A DNA stretch of 64,000 bases from Gammaproteobacteria bacterium (GTDB taxonomy: Bacteria > Pseudomonadota > Gammaproteobacteria > Eutrophobiales > Eutrophobiaceae). Below the pieces are notes generated by a model. It had not been told where the DNA came from. It was given only the letters and a program-made list of their open reading frames with translations, and made no database searches. Each line of letters starts with the position of its first letter. Within the stretch, counting starts at the first letter, position 1. A program made the translations under genes and the position numbers. The DNA is taken from the NCBI GenBank assembly GCA_965221695.1, contig OZ244905.1, positions 160,001 to 224,000 of the forward strand, given 5' to 3'. Positions 29,197 through 39,119 of the stretch are shown here, piece after piece.

Positions 29197-30186
29197 ATGA
29201 GTAAGATACCGGAACCTCTAAAACCATTGAAAACATGGTCTTATCTCGCGGGTAACAGACGCCGACCCAGTGAATACGAGATTGTATCAACTAATCTGCA
29301 TACCAGCCTTGATAACCCTGAGCAACCATGGGAAATGGACATCAATGCTCACATGAATCAGTGGTATCTGAAATACCGGAATAACAGTCCGCTCAAGCTA
29401 GATGACTGGGATAGGTTCCAAGACCCCGATCAGCTTGTATATCGCACCTATAATATCCTGCAAGACGGACAGGAAACTTACGTAAAGAGTTTGTTCGACC
29501 AGTTTAGTGACAGAGAGCACGATAAATCCTTGGACCAAGAATGGGCAGAGCTGTTGTCCAAGGCTTACAGCCCGGTTCGTTATCTTTATCATGGCCTGCA
29601 GATGGGGTCTGCTTATATCGCCCAGATGGCGCCTGCGAGCACTATCACTAACTGCGCCGTGTTCCAGACGGCAGATTCTCTTCGCTGGTTAACACATACA
29701 GCTTATCGTACTCGCGAACTTTCTATAACCTACCCGGATATCGGCTTTGGCCAAAATGAAAAACAACTCTGGGAAGAACATGATGGTTGGCAGGGTTTCA
29801 GAGAATTGGCTGAGAAAGCTTTGGTAGCCTGGGACTGGGGGGAAGCATTCGTTGCCATTAATCTGGTACTAAAGCCGACAGTAGAGGCTTCAATACTCCA
29901 TCAACTCGGAAATGCCGGCAGGCAGCAGGGCGACACCTTGCTTGGTTTATTATCTGATGCCCATTTGCGTGACAGTGAACGCCATAATCGGTGGTCAACA
30001 GCGCTAGTCAAATTTGTTTTAGAGAGTGAAGACAACAAAAAGGAATTGTCGGATTGGTACGAAGCATGGATGCCTTTAGGTTTGGCTGCTGCTAGAGCAT
30101 ATTGTTCAATGTTGCCGGAGGAAGATGAGGCAGCAGATCAAGCCCTGCAGGCATTAAAGAATATTAAGGTTCGGCTTGATCTCTAG
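29197..30186 (+). CDS. tmoE: Toluene monooxygenase hydroxylase beta subunit
   Basis: LKPLKTWSYLAGNRRRPSEYEIVS, DPDQLVYRTY. Confidence 0.93.
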   Translation: MSKIPEPLKPLKTWSYLAGNRRRPSEYEIVSTNLHTSLDNPEQPWEMDINAHMNQWYLKYRNNSPLKLDDWDRFQDPDQLVYRTYNILQDGQETYVKSLFDQFSDREHDKSLDQEWAELLSKAYSPVRYLYHGLQMGSAYIAQMAPASTITNCAVFQTADSLRWLTHTAYRTRELSITYPDIGFGQNEKQLWEEHDGWQGFRELAEKALVAWDWGEAFVAINLVLKPTVEASILHQLGNAGRQQGDTLLGLLSDAHLRDSERHNRWSTALVKFVLESEDNKKELSDWYEAWMPLGLAAARAYCSMLPEEDEAADQALQALKNIKVRLDL

Positions 30187-30225
30187 TTTAACATCAATTA
30201 ATTTTAACCATCTGCGAAGTAAATC

Positions 30226-31254
30226 ATGTCATATTCAGGTTTTAATATTCAAATTGAAGATCAGGATGAAGCCTATATATGCGACCCCAATGATACAATT
30301 CTTCGCAGTGCGTTGCGTGCTGGTCTGGGTTTTCCCTATGAATGCAATTCAGGTTGGTGTGGCAGTTGTAAATTTGAACTAGTTGCAGGTGATGTAAATA
30401 CAATTTGGGAAAATGCCCCCGGTCTTTCTCACCGGGATATTCGAAAAGGAAGAAAACTTGCCTGCCAATCCATACCACAGGGCGACTGTATCATCAAAAC
30501 TAGCCCTGATGACAGATTTTGTCCCAAAAACAAACCTATCCGCGCATCTGCCGAACTTTATCGTGTAAATCAACTGACAGCAGACATGGCGGAGTTTTGT
30601 TTCAAAACAAAACAGGTTGCCGATTTCCTCCCTGGTCAATACGCTTTGTTACAAATAAAGAATATATCAGGAGTCCGCGCATATTCAATGTCCAATTTAC
30701 CAAACACTGACGGTGAATGGCATTTTATTATAAAGAAAATAGAAAATGGCGTAGCAACACAAGAAATTTTCAAAAAAATCAAGGTTGGAGACACAATAAG
30801 ACTTGATGGACCTTATGGACTCGCTTATTTACGTCCGGATAGCCCTCGCGATATCGTCTGCATCGGAGGTGGTTCCGGAATATCGCCAATAATGTCTATC
30901 ATAAGAGCCGCTGTTCGAGAGTCGCAACTGAGCGACAAAATAATATATCTGTTTTACGGTGGACGTGGACCCGCTGATATTTGCGTGCCAAAGTTAATTG
31001 CTAATGAAAATGAATTGAATAATCGGATCATTAATCTGAACGCAATTTCTGAACCTGCCTTGGACCCAACTGGTGTCTGGGGAGGAGATATTTGTTTTGT
31101 CCATGAACTGGTCGAGAAGAAACTTGCAACGACCATGCAAAACTATGAATTTTATTTTTGTGGTCCAATGAAGATGACGGAGACTATAGCTCGAAAACTA
31201 ATGATTGACTATCAAGTACCGTTTGAACAACTCCACTATGATCGCTTTTTTTAG
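30226..31254 (+). CDS. tmoF: Toluene monooxygenase NADH:ferredoxin oxidoreductase
   Basis: CNSGWCGSC..LACQ, RAYSM, GGGSGISP, FCGP. Confidence 0.9.
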   Translation: MSYSGFNIQIEDQDEAYICDPNDTILRSALRAGLGFPYECNSGWCGSCKFELVAGDVNTIWENAPGLSHRDIRKGRKLACQSIPQGDCIIKTSPDDRFCPKNKPIRASAELYRVNQLTADMAEFCFKTKQVADFLPGQYALLQIKNISGVRAYSMSNLPNTDGEWHFIIKKIENGVATQEIFKKIKVGDTIRLDGPYGLAYLRPDSPRDIVCIGGGSGISPIMSIIRAAVRESQLSDKIIYLFYGGRGPADICVPKLIANENELNNRIINLNAISEPALDPTGVWGGDICFVHELVEKKLATTMQNYEFYFCGPMKMTETIARKLMIDYQVPFEQLHYDRFF

Positions 31255-31400
31255 CTTTGTGTATAGTCCTATATTGGATAAAGCCATACAATTCAGTGAG
31301 CCGTAGGACATCTATATGAGATGCCTGGTTAACATCGGTCCGATAACACATTGTTTGATGGTTACGCTGGTTTAGGCTGGTCGCCGAGAGTGAGAAATCA

Positions 31401-31757
31401 ATGCAGGTTTTACTGATTCTTTGGGAACCCAATGATAAAAGGCGCGCTCTGTCCCAGCAGAAGCAGAAAGAGTACCTGCGCTCACTGGACGGCGCAATCA
31501 ACGAGGCGCGCAGCCATGGCGTGATGACCCTGGGTTGGAGCCGGGTGGACCGCTCGCTGAACAACGCGCCGGCTGAGGGTTATGTTGGCGTGTTTGCGAT
31601 GGACTCGGCGCAGGCCATTCATGAACTGGACAGAAATATTCAGCAATCTCTGTGGTATGAGTATTTCGATTCCGTCAATATCAGCATCAACCTGGAAGGT
31701 GAAACAGAGCCAGAACCGCACCGGGTCTACGCCAGGTTGCTGGGACTTGATAGTTGA
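31401..31757 (+). CDS. Small hypothetical protein between the two monooxygenase operons
   Basis: 118-aa ORF with purine-rich RBS region; C-terminal WYEYFDSVN. Confidence 0.65.
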   Translation: MQVLLILWEPNDKRRALSQQKQKEYLRSLDGAINEARSHGVMTLGWSRVDRSLNNAPAEGYVGVFAMDSAQAIHELDRNIQQSLWYEYFDSVNISINLEGETEPEPHRVYARLLGLDS

Positions 31758-31760
31758 TCG

Positions 31761-31796
31761 TTGACAATATCGATATTTTATGAAAATATCGATATT
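31761..31796 (+). promoter_or_regulatory. Sigma70-like promoter overlapped by two identical palindromic operators
   Basis: TTGACA 31761-31766; TG-n-AAATAT at 17-bp spacing; AATATCGATATT at 31766-31777 and 31785-31796. Confidence 0.6.
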
Positions 31797-31838
31797 ATTT
31801 CGTATCCTGGGTATGATAAACAGCAAAAAGCAGGTATT

Positions 31839-32096
31839 ATGACGGCGCAGAAACGTTACGTGCGCATCACCAGCAGAGACAGGCCGGGATTTGTCGAGTT
31901 CAATTTTTCCCTCGGCGATCCGGCTCTCTACCTGGAAATGATTTTGCCAACTGCAGCGTTTACCGAGTTTTGCCGGGACAATCAGGTAACGTTTCTGGGC
32001 GACAAAGAGGCTGCAGCGGTAGACAAACAACAGGCAAAATGGCAATACGGTGAAGCCGGCGCCGAATACGAGACGGGTGAGCCGGAAACCCATTGA
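31839..32096 (+). CDS. dmpK: Phenol hydroxylase assembly protein P0
   Basis: RYVRIT..FVEFNFSLGDPALYLEMILP..AFTEFC..N. Confidence 0.9.
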   Translation: MTAQKRYVRITSRDRPGFVEFNFSLGDPALYLEMILPTAAFTEFCRDNQVTFLGDKEAAAVDKQQAKWQYGEAGAEYETGEPETH

Positions 32097-32109
32097 GAAG
32101 AACAGTCAG

Positions 32110-33105
32110 ATGTCAATCGATCTTAAAACGACAAAAATTGAGCAGAAAAGGATTACTTTCGACAATGTTGCGGCAAAAGTGGGTGAGGGGAAGGTACCCA
32201 GCCGCTACCAGGAAGTGATGGTGAGGATGCAACATGAAGAGGTGTTTCACTATCGCCCCACCTGGGACCCTGAGCACGACATCTTCGATGCGGACCGCAC
32301 CGCGATTAACATGCAGGATTTCGACGATCTGACGGACCCGCGCCAGTATTATTACGCCCCCTATGTTATCCAGCGCTCAAAACAGCAGGAAACCATGGAA
32401 AAGAATTTTTCCATGGTTGAAAAAAGAGGATTGCTCACTGCGCTGGACGCAGGTCTTATCGAACAAATCCTGCGCATCGTCATACCGTTCCGGCATGCGG
32501 AATGGGGCGCCAATACCAATAACCTGTTTATCGCTGCCTACGGCTTTGGCACGCCGATGCCCATTGCCGCGGATTTTCAGGGCATGGATCGGCTCGGGAA
32601 CGCCCAGTACATCACGCGCATTGGTTTGATCTTGTCGGGCAACGACCCGGAGATACTGGACCAGGCCAAATCGGAATGGCTGGAGCAACCGCTGTGGCAG
32701 CCGTTACGCAAGTTGATAGAAGACAGTTTTGTCCTCAAGGACTGGTTTGAACTGCACTTGTTGCAGAATTTCCTGGTGGACGGCGTTCTGCAACCGTTGT
32801 TGTTCGAACACTTCGATGCTGAAGTCGTGAATAACGGCGGCGCCGCATTTGCGATGCTCACGGAATTTTTCGTGGAATGGTATGCGGAGTCGACCCGCTG
32901 GACCGATCACACGATCAAAACGGCAGCCGGGGAATCCGCTGAAAACCGTGCGCTGCTTGCAGGCTGGAAAGACAAGTGGATGCCGGAAGTCAAAAACGCT
33001 GCGTTGCCGTTGGCGGAGTATATTTTCGCCGAACGCAGCGCCGAAGTAATGAACCAGATCATCGACCGGCTTGAACGCAGAGCCGGTAAGATTGGCTTGA
33101 GTTGA
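32110..33105 (+). CDS. dmpL: Phenol hydroxylase beta subunit P1
   Basis: MSIDLKT, SRYQE, FHYRPTWDP, DPRQYYY. Confidence 0.92.
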   Translation: MSIDLKTTKIEQKRITFDNVAAKVGEGKVPSRYQEVMVRMQHEEVFHYRPTWDPEHDIFDADRTAINMQDFDDLTDPRQYYYAPYVIQRSKQQETMEKNFSMVEKRGLLTALDAGLIEQILRIVIPFRHAEWGANTNNLFIAAYGFGTPMPIAADFQGMDRLGNAQYITRIGLILSGNDPEILDQAKSEWLEQPLWQPLRKLIEDSFVLKDWFELHLLQNFLVDGVLQPLLFEHFDAEVVNNGGAAFAMLTEFFVEWYAESTRWTDHTIKTAAGESAENRALLAGWKDKWMPEVKNAALPLAEYIFAERSAEVMNQIIDRLERRAGKIGLS

Positions 33106-33114
33106 GATAAACAC

Positions 33115-33387
33115 ATGGCTGAAAACGTATTCATTGCATTACAGAACAGTCCGGAAGCGCAGCCTGTAATACAGGCAATTACTGAAGACAACCCGGCTGC
33201 GGTAGTGAATGAGACACCGGGAATGGTGAAAATAGATTGTCCCAAACGATTGGTGATCCGGCGTGAGACCGTTGAAGAAAAAATCGGCACGGAATTCAAC
33301 CTGCAGGACATCCACCTGACGTTGATATCCCTGTCCGGCAACATAGAAGAAGACGAAGACGAATTTGTATTATATTGGAATATTTAA
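33115..33387 (+). CDS. dmpM: Phenol hydroxylase regulatory protein P2
   Basis: VFIALQ..DNP..PGMVKID..LISLSGNI. Confidence 0.92.
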   Translation: MAENVFIALQNSPEAQPVIQAITEDNPAAVVNETPGMVKIDCPKRLVIRRETVEEKIGTEFNLQDIHLTLISLSGNIEEDEDEFVLYWNI

Positions 33388-33416
33388 TTCCGCTTGTTTA
33401 GCAAGAGGTAAACACT

Positions 33417-34943
33417 ATGGCAAACAAACCCAGACGGCTTAACCTGAACCAGAAATACCAGCTCATGACCCGCGGGCTGGACTGGGAGACCACCTACCAG
33501 TCGATGGACGATGTATTTCCCTATGACAAGTACGAAGGCATCAAGATCAAGGATTGGGACAAGTGGCAGGATCCGTTCCGTCTCACGATGGACGCGTACT
33601 GGAAATACCAGGCGGAAAAGGATCGGAAACTGTACGCGATCCTGGACGGCTTTGCCCAGAACAACAGCCAGTTGAATATCTCCGATGCGCGTTACATGAA
33701 TGCCGTCAAGATCTGGGTGCAGGGCGTCACGCCGCTGGAATATGCCGCTTTCAGGGGCTTTGCGATGCTTGGCAGGGGGTTTCGCGGCGCCGGCGCCCGC
33801 GTTGCCTGCCAGTTCCAGTCCATTGATGAGATGCGCCATTACCAGACGCAGATGCATGCGTTCAGCCATTACAACAAGTACTTCAACGGTTTCCGGCAGT
33901 ATGCGCGCATTCGCGACCGGGCCTGGTACCTGTCCATCCCCAAGAGTTATTTTGAAGACGCGGTCAGCGCCGGCCCGTTCGAGTTGATCACGGCCATATC
34001 GTTTTCCTTTGAATACGTGTTGACCAACCTGCTGTTCATGCCGTTTGTGTCCGGCGCCGCCTACAACGGCGATATGGCCACGACCACCTTCGGCTTCTCC
34101 GCGCAATCAGACGAATCGCGCCACATGACGTTGGGTCTTGAAGTCATCAAGTTTATGCTGGAGCAACATGAAGACAATGTGGTTATTATCCAGGAGTGGC
34201 TGGATAAGTGGTTCTGGCGCGGCTATCGCCTGCTTGGCCTGATCGGTACGATGATGGATTACATGCTGCCCAAGAAGGTGATGTCCTGGCGTCAGGCCTG
34301 GGAGATTTACTGGGAGGAGAACGGCCTGGCGTTGTTCAACGACCTGTCCCGCTACGGTTTGCGCCCGCCCAAGTATCACGAGGTGGCAACCAAGGAAAAA
34401 TACCGCATCTCCCATGAATTCTGGAGCACGATCTACCAGTTCTCCCATGCCACGGCCTTGTACACCTGGATCCCCACCGAGGAGGAACTGGACTGGCTGT
34501 CGGCGGAGTATGGCGAACTGTTCGATACCGTTTATCGCCCTCGTTATGAGTACTGGGCCGAACTGGAACGGAACGGTGAACGCTTTTTCCAGAAACGGCT
34601 GCCGGTTGTCTGCAACGTCTGCCAGATACCGATCTTCCACACCATGCCCGACGACCCGTTGATGAACTGTTGCCTGGTCTCTGAATACAAGGGTACCAAG
34701 CACCAGATGTGTTCCCAGGGCTGCAAGGATATTTTTGACAGGGAACCGGAGAAGTATTGTCAGGCCTACATCCCGCCGCAGCAGATCTACCAGGGGAACT
34801 GCGGGGGCGCTACGCTTGAAGCCTACAAGGAATGGCTCCATATCAAGGAAGAGGAAACCGGGGAGTATTATGGGTCGGAAGATCACCGCATGTGGGAAAG
34901 TTGGAAAGCCCAGGCGGCAAAAGCAGCCGAGTTGTCAGCCTGA
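33417..34943 (+). CDS. dmpN: Phenol hydroxylase alpha subunit P3
   Basis: DPFRLTMDAYWKYQAEK, DEMRH, SFEYVLTNLLF, AQSDESRH, C-terminal CxxC..CxxxC Zn site. Confidence 0.95.
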   Translation: MANKPRRLNLNQKYQLMTRGLDWETTYQSMDDVFPYDKYEGIKIKDWDKWQDPFRLTMDAYWKYQAEKDRKLYAILDGFAQNNSQLNISDARYMNAVKIWVQGVTPLEYAAFRGFAMLGRGFRGAGARVACQFQSIDEMRHYQTQMHAFSHYNKYFNGFRQYARIRDRAWYLSIPKSYFEDAVSAGPFELITAISFSFEYVLTNLLFMPFVSGAAYNGDMATTTFGFSAQSDESRHMTLGLEVIKFMLEQHEDNVVIIQEWLDKWFWRGYRLLGLIGTMMDYMLPKKVMSWRQAWEIYWEENGLALFNDLSRYGLRPPKYHEVATKEKYRISHEFWSTIYQFSHATALYTWIPTEEELDWLSAEYGELFDTVYRPRYEYWAELERNGERFFQKRLPVVCNVCQIPIFHTMPDDPLMNCCLVSEYKGTKHQMCSQGCKDIFDREPEKYCQAYIPPQQIYQGNCGGATLEAYKEWLHIKEEETGEYYGSEDHRMWESWKAQAAKAAELSA

Positions 34944-34994
34944 TGGGGCAGGGATGGGACATGACTCGCGCCGGCGTCAGGTGAGGTTGCCCCG

Positions 34995-35357
34995 ATGCCG
35001 GTGAAGTTTGTTGGCGCTGCATACGATTTCCCATGCGCTAACCAGGTGGAGAACTATGGCGGCGATATGAATGTATACGTGGTCTGGGATCACCACCTGA
35101 TCTATTGCGCGCCCAACACCTACCGGCTGCCGCCAACCATGAAATTCAGGGATTTCCTGGAGCAGGTGTTTGCGCCCGATTATCCGCAACATCCCGATAC
35201 TGAGAAAGTTGACTGGGACCAGGGTGTCTGGCAACTGGAAAATGAACCCTGGCAGCCTGACCTGGATAAATCCTTTGCCGAAAACGGCGTTGCACACAAT
35301 TCATTCATCCGGGTGACCACGCCGGGCCTCGAGGGCATGCACGGAGTAGGGAACTGA
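34995..35357 (+). CDS. dmpO: Phenol hydroxylase gamma subunit P4
   Basis: WDHHL..HPD..PDLDKSFAENGVAH..TPGL. Confidence 0.9.
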   Translation: MPVKFVGAAYDFPCANQVENYGGDMNVYVVWDHHLIYCAPNTYRLPPTMKFRDFLEQVFAPDYPQHPDTEKVDWDQGVWQLENEPWQPDLDKSFAENGVAHNSFIRVTTPGLEGMHGVGN

Positions 35358-35382
35358 ACAGGCCCGGTATAGGGGCAGGCAC

Positions 35383-36447
35383 GTGTCTTTTCAGGCAATC
35401 ATAGAACCACTGGGCGAGACGATAGAGGTCGAGGACGGCCAGAAGCTGCTCGATGCGGCATTGCGCGCCGGGGTATGGTTGCCGTATGCCTGTAACCACG
35501 GCGTCTGCGGCACCTGCAAGGTGGACGTGCTGGAAGGCGAGGTCGAGCATAACGAGGCGTCGTCGTTTGCCCTGATGGATATCGAGCGGGACGAAGGCAA
35601 GACCCTGGCCTGTTGCGCGACCCTGTCATCCGATATTGTGATAGAGGCTGATATCGAAGAGGAAGACGACGCGCGCTACCTGCCGGTGGAGGATTTTACC
35701 GGCACAGTGGTGCGGATGGAGGACCTGACCCCGACGATTAAAGGCATCTGGCTGGAAGTGCCGGGCGCCGGCATCGAATTCCAGGCCGGCCAGTACCTGA
35801 ATCTCAATATTCCCGGCGTTGATATCCCCCGGGCATTTTCTTTGGCAAACCCGCCCTCAGAGCGGAACATCATCGAACTGAATGTGCGTCATGTCCCCGA
35901 CGGCCAGGCGACCACGTACCTGCATGAGCAACTCAAAACGGGCGACACACTCAGTTTCACCGCACCGTTGGGCCGGTTTTTTGTGCGCAAATCCGCGCCG
36001 GAACCGATGCTCTTCCTGGCCGGCGGCTCCGGGCTGTCCAGCCCCAAATCCATGATCCTGGACCTGCTGGAGAGCGGAGATGAACGCGCGATCACGTTGA
36101 TTTACGGCGCCCGCAACCGCGCGGAACTGTATTATTCCGACCTGTTCTGCGAACTTGCCGAAAAACACGATAATTTTCATTACCTGGCCGCATTGTCTGA
36201 AGCATTGGATACGGATGACTGGGACGGCGCCCGCGGTTTCGTGCATGAACTGGCCGAGCAACATTTTGAACAGCGTTTTGAAGGTCATAAAGCCTACCTG
36301 TGCGGCCCGCCGCCGATGGTGGACAGTTGTATCACCAGCCTGATGCGCGGCCGCCTGTTTGAAGAACACATCTTCATGGAAAACTTTTTTACCGCCGCGG
36401 ACAGTGAAAAACCGGCCCGCCGCAGCGCGTTGTTCAAGAAATTCTAG
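35383..36447 (+). CDS. dmpP: Phenol hydroxylase reductase P5
   Basis: CNHGVCGTCK, RAFSLAN, GGSGLSSPKSM, AYLCGPP. Confidence 0.93.
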   Translation: MSFQAIIEPLGETIEVEDGQKLLDAALRAGVWLPYACNHGVCGTCKVDVLEGEVEHNEASSFALMDIERDEGKTLACCATLSSDIVIEADIEEEDDARYLPVEDFTGTVVRMEDLTPTIKGIWLEVPGAGIEFQAGQYLNLNIPGVDIPRAFSLANPPSERNIIELNVRHVPDGQATTYLHEQLKTGDTLSFTAPLGRFFVRKSAPEPMLFLAGGSGLSSPKSMILDLLESGDERAITLIYGARNRAELYYSDLFCELAEKHDNFHYLAALSEALDTDDWDGARGFVHELAEQHFEQRFEGHKAYLCGPPPMVDSCITSLMRGRLFEEHIFMENFFTAADSEKPARRSALFKKF

Positions 36448-36480
36448 GCATGCTTTTATCTGACAGCGCTTGCCTTTTCC

Positions 36481-36650
36481 GCAACAGCCGGAATCCTTCG
36501 GACGTACCTAATAGGGAAGGTTTGCTCACTGGATTCCCGTTTTCACGGGAATGGGAGTTGGCTGCCTACGCTGACCATTCCCGCGAAAGCGGGAATCCAG
36601 TAGGCAATAAAACTCCTTATAAACGGGAGTTGAAGACCGGATTCCAGTTT
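36481..36650. repeat. Cluster of REP/dRS3-like palindromes
   Basis: Two ATTCCC-N8-GGGAAT units (36533-36552, 36577-36596) plus degenerate GGAATCC/GGATTCC flanks. Confidence 0.75.
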
Positions 36651-36691
36651 CCGTTTACTCCACAGGGATCAGCTCGTTCCGTAGCGTTATA

Positions 36692-37039
36692 ATGATGCAC
36701 GCAGAAAAATTTACTATTATCATTGAAGATAGCGGTGAAGAATTCACCTGCGCGCCGGAACGCAATGTGCTCAAGTCCATGGAGCAGTTGGGCAGGAAGG
36801 GCATCCCGGTGGGTTGCCGGGGCGGTGGTTGCGGAGTATGCCGAGTGCAGGTCGTTTGCGACGGTCGCTACCGTACCGGCAAAATGAGCCGCGAACAGGT
36901 GCCCGTTGAGGATGAAGAACAACGCATTTGCCTCGCGTGCAAGCTGTTCCCCGAGGATAATCTTCGCTTGAAGGTTCTCGGCAAATGGCAGAAATACTTT
37001 TTGTCCGGTACACAATTTCTGTCAGAGAATACAAATTAA
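36692..37039 (+). CDS. xylT: XylT/DmpQ-type [2Fe-2S] ferredoxin
   Basis: GIPVGCRGGGCGVCRV..KMSREQV..LAC; directly upstream of catechol 2,3-dioxygenase. Confidence 0.88.
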   Translation: MMHAEKFTIIIEDSGEEFTCAPERNVLKSMEQLGRKGIPVGCRGGGCGVCRVQVVCDGRYRTGKMSREQVPVEDEEQRICLACKLFPEDNLRLKVLGKWQKYFLSGTQFLSENTN

Positions 37040-37143
37040 GCCCAAATTTTTTCGGCACAGAGTAAAATTCATCTACTATATGAACCATGAATAATTTGCT
37101 GTTCTGCCCTGGTACCAGGCAATAACTCGAGGAGGAAAAGACA

Positions 37144-38067
37144 ATGTCATTTACTGGTGTGATGCGACCCGGCCATGCGGCAATCCGGGTATTGGATATG
37201 GATGAATCGGTAACGTACTACACGGAACGGTTGGGTTTGATAAAGACCGATGAGGATGATCAGGGCAGGGTGTATCTCAAGGCCTGGGACGAACTGGACA
37301 GTTTTTCCATCGTGCTCAGGGAGGCCGATGCGCCGGGCATTGATTATACCGGCTACAAGACCTACTCACGCGCGGATATGGATGAACTGGTGGGCAAGCT
37401 CAAAGATTACGGCCTGGATATCGAGTGGCTCCCGGAAGGCGAGTTGAACAATTGCGGCGAACGGGCCCGTTTCCAGACACCAACCGGTCATTACTTTGAA
37501 TTGTATGCGGATAAAAAACAGATCGGCGATGGGCTGGGTCGGCTCAACCCCAATCCCTGGCCGGAAGGATTGAAAGGCATGCAGGTCTACCGGTTTGACC
37601 ATGTGTTGCTGTACGGCCCCAAGGTTATCGAAACCACGAAAATTTTTACCGATGTGCTGGGTTTTGATCTGACCGAACGGGTGCTGACGCCGGAAGGTGA
37701 AATGAATGTCACCTTCGTTTCCTGTTCCAACAAGGCCCATGACCTGGCCTTCGTGGAATATCCCGAACCGAACAAGCTGCACCATGTCTCGTTCATGCTG
37801 ATGACCTGGGAGGAGGTACTGCGCGCCGCTGATATCATGAGCATGCACGACATCTCCATTGACATCGGCCCCACCCGTCACGGCATTACCCGTGGCCGCA
37901 CCATTTACTTCTTCGACCCGTCGGGGAATCGTAACGAGGTATTCTGCGGCGATTACACCTGGTATCCTGATCGGGAGCCGATCACCTGGACTGCGGAAGA
38001 ATTGGGCAGGGCTATCTTCTACCACGACAGGAGATTGAACGAAAACTTCCTGTCGGTGGTGACCTGA
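37144..38067 (+). CDS. xylE: Catechol 2,3-dioxygenase
   Basis: [51 protein letters not shown]. Confidence 0.96.
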   Translation: MSFTGVMRPGHAAIRVLDMDESVTYYTERLGLIKTDEDDQGRVYLKAWDELDSFSIVLREADAPGIDYTGYKTYSRADMDELVGKLKDYGLDIEWLPEGELNNCGERARFQTPTGHYFELYADKKQIGDGLGRLNPNPWPEGLKGMQVYRFDHVLLYGPKVIETTKIFTDVLGFDLTERVLTPEGEMNVTFVSCSNKAHDLAFVEYPEPNKLHHVSFMLMTWEEVLRAADIMSMHDISIDIGPTRHGITRGRTIYFFDPSGNRNEVFCGDYTWYPDREPITWTAEELGRAIFYHDRRLNENFLSVVT

Positions 38068-38080
38068 GGCTAAACTGGCC

Positions 38081-38506
38081 TTGATTGGAACACATCTCAA
38101 GGCCAGCGATTTAACGATCCCGGATGCTGAAATCGAGATTTCAGCGGTCCGCGCGCGCGGCGCCGGAGGGCAGAACGTCAATAAGGTCGCGACCGCGATC
38201 CACCTGCGTTTTGATATCCGCGCCTCGTCTCTGGCGGAACTGTATAAGCAGCGTCTGCTGAAACTCAGGGACCGCCGTATCAGCAAGGACGGCGTGGTCA
38301 TCATCAAGGCCGGTAAATTCCGCACCCAGGAGAAAAACCGGAACGATGCTTTGCAGCGCCTACAGGCGTTAATCAGAAGCGTTACCCTGACCAGGAAGAT
38401 CAGGCGACCGACTGTTCCCACTCAATACGCACAGCAAAAAAGACTGGACCGTAAGACCCGGCGCGGACAGATCAAATCCCTGCGCGGCAGGGTGACAGAG
38501 GAATGA
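38081..38506 (+). CDS. arfB: Alternative ribosome rescue factor B
   Basis: GAGGQNVNKVATAIHLRFDI; basic C-terminal tail. Confidence 0.92.
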   Translation: MIGTHLKASDLTIPDAEIEISAVRARGAGGQNVNKVATAIHLRFDIRASSLAELYKQRLLKLRDRRISKDGVVIIKAGKFRTQEKNRNDALQRLQALIRSVTLTRKIRRPTVPTQYAQQKRLDRKTRRGQIKSLRGRVTEE

Positions 38507-38542
38507 GTTCTTTAGCTGTTGCAGTATTAAGAATTAAGAACT

Positions 38543-38570
38543 ATACTTGATCAATATATTGTACAAGTAT
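38543..38570. promoter_or_regulatory. Candidate YefM-YoeB operator
   Basis: ATACTTGATCAA-TATA-TTGTACAAGTAT inverted repeat containing TGTACA just upstream of yefM. Confidence 0.55.
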
Positions 38571-38581
38571 GGCGCGATTCA

Positions 38582-38836
38582 ATGCGTGTAATCAATTTTT
38601 CTGAAGCAAGAAACCAGTTGAAACAAGTCCTCGATCGAGTTGTTGAAGATTCCGACTGCACAATCATCACGCGTCGGGATGCAGAAGACGCCGTGGTCAT
38701 GTCGCTAGATCATTTCAATGGATTGATGGAAACAGTTTATCTATTAAATAGTCCGGCAAATTCAGAGCGCTTGGCTGAATCAATCAAGCAATATCGCAAA
38801 GGGCGAACGAGGGAACATGGATTGATTAATGATTGA
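38582..38836 (+). CDS. yefM: YefM antitoxin
   Basis: NFSEARNQLK..IITRR..ETVYLL.SPAN. Confidence 0.92.
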   Translation: MRVINFSEARNQLKQVLDRVVEDSDCTIITRRDAEDAVVMSLDHFNGLMETVYLLNSPANSERLAESIKQYRKGRTREHGLIND

Positions 38837-39089
38837 AACGCTGGCATGGACGAAAGAAGCGTGGAATGACTACCTTTACTGGCAGAACCAGGACAGGAAG
38901 ACCCTGAAACGCATCAACAAGCTCATTATGGATACACAAAGATCGCCATTTTCCGGTATCGGCAAACCAGAACCGTTAAGAGGGAATTTGACCGGATTCT
39001 GGTCCAGACGAATTGATGAAGTTAACAGGCTGGTTTACGCTGTTGACACCGATAGACTGACAATCATTTCGTGCAGGTATCATTACTAA
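38829..39089 (+). CDS. yoeB: YoeB/Txe toxin
   Basis: AWNDYLYWQ, GIGKPEPL, WSRRI, C-terminal CRYHY. Confidence 0.94.
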   Translation: MIETLAWTKEAWNDYLYWQNQDRKTLKRINKLIMDTQRSPFSGIGKPEPLRGNLTGFWSRRIDEVNRLVYAVDTDRLTIISCRYHY

Positions 39090-39113
39090 GGAACCTCTGA
39101 GATTAAGTCAGAG
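39090..39113. repeat. MITE terminal fragment starting right after the yoeB TAA stop
   Basis: TAA|GGAACCTCTGAGATTAAGTCAGAG. Confidence 0.65.
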
Positions 39114-39119
39114 TGCGTA

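Noticed and set aside
33384-38421. Long antisense ORFs over dmpN, dmpP and xylE (also seen over the Mo subunit, argC and the amidase)
   Set aside because: Shadow frames of GC-rich coding strands with no recognisable motifs
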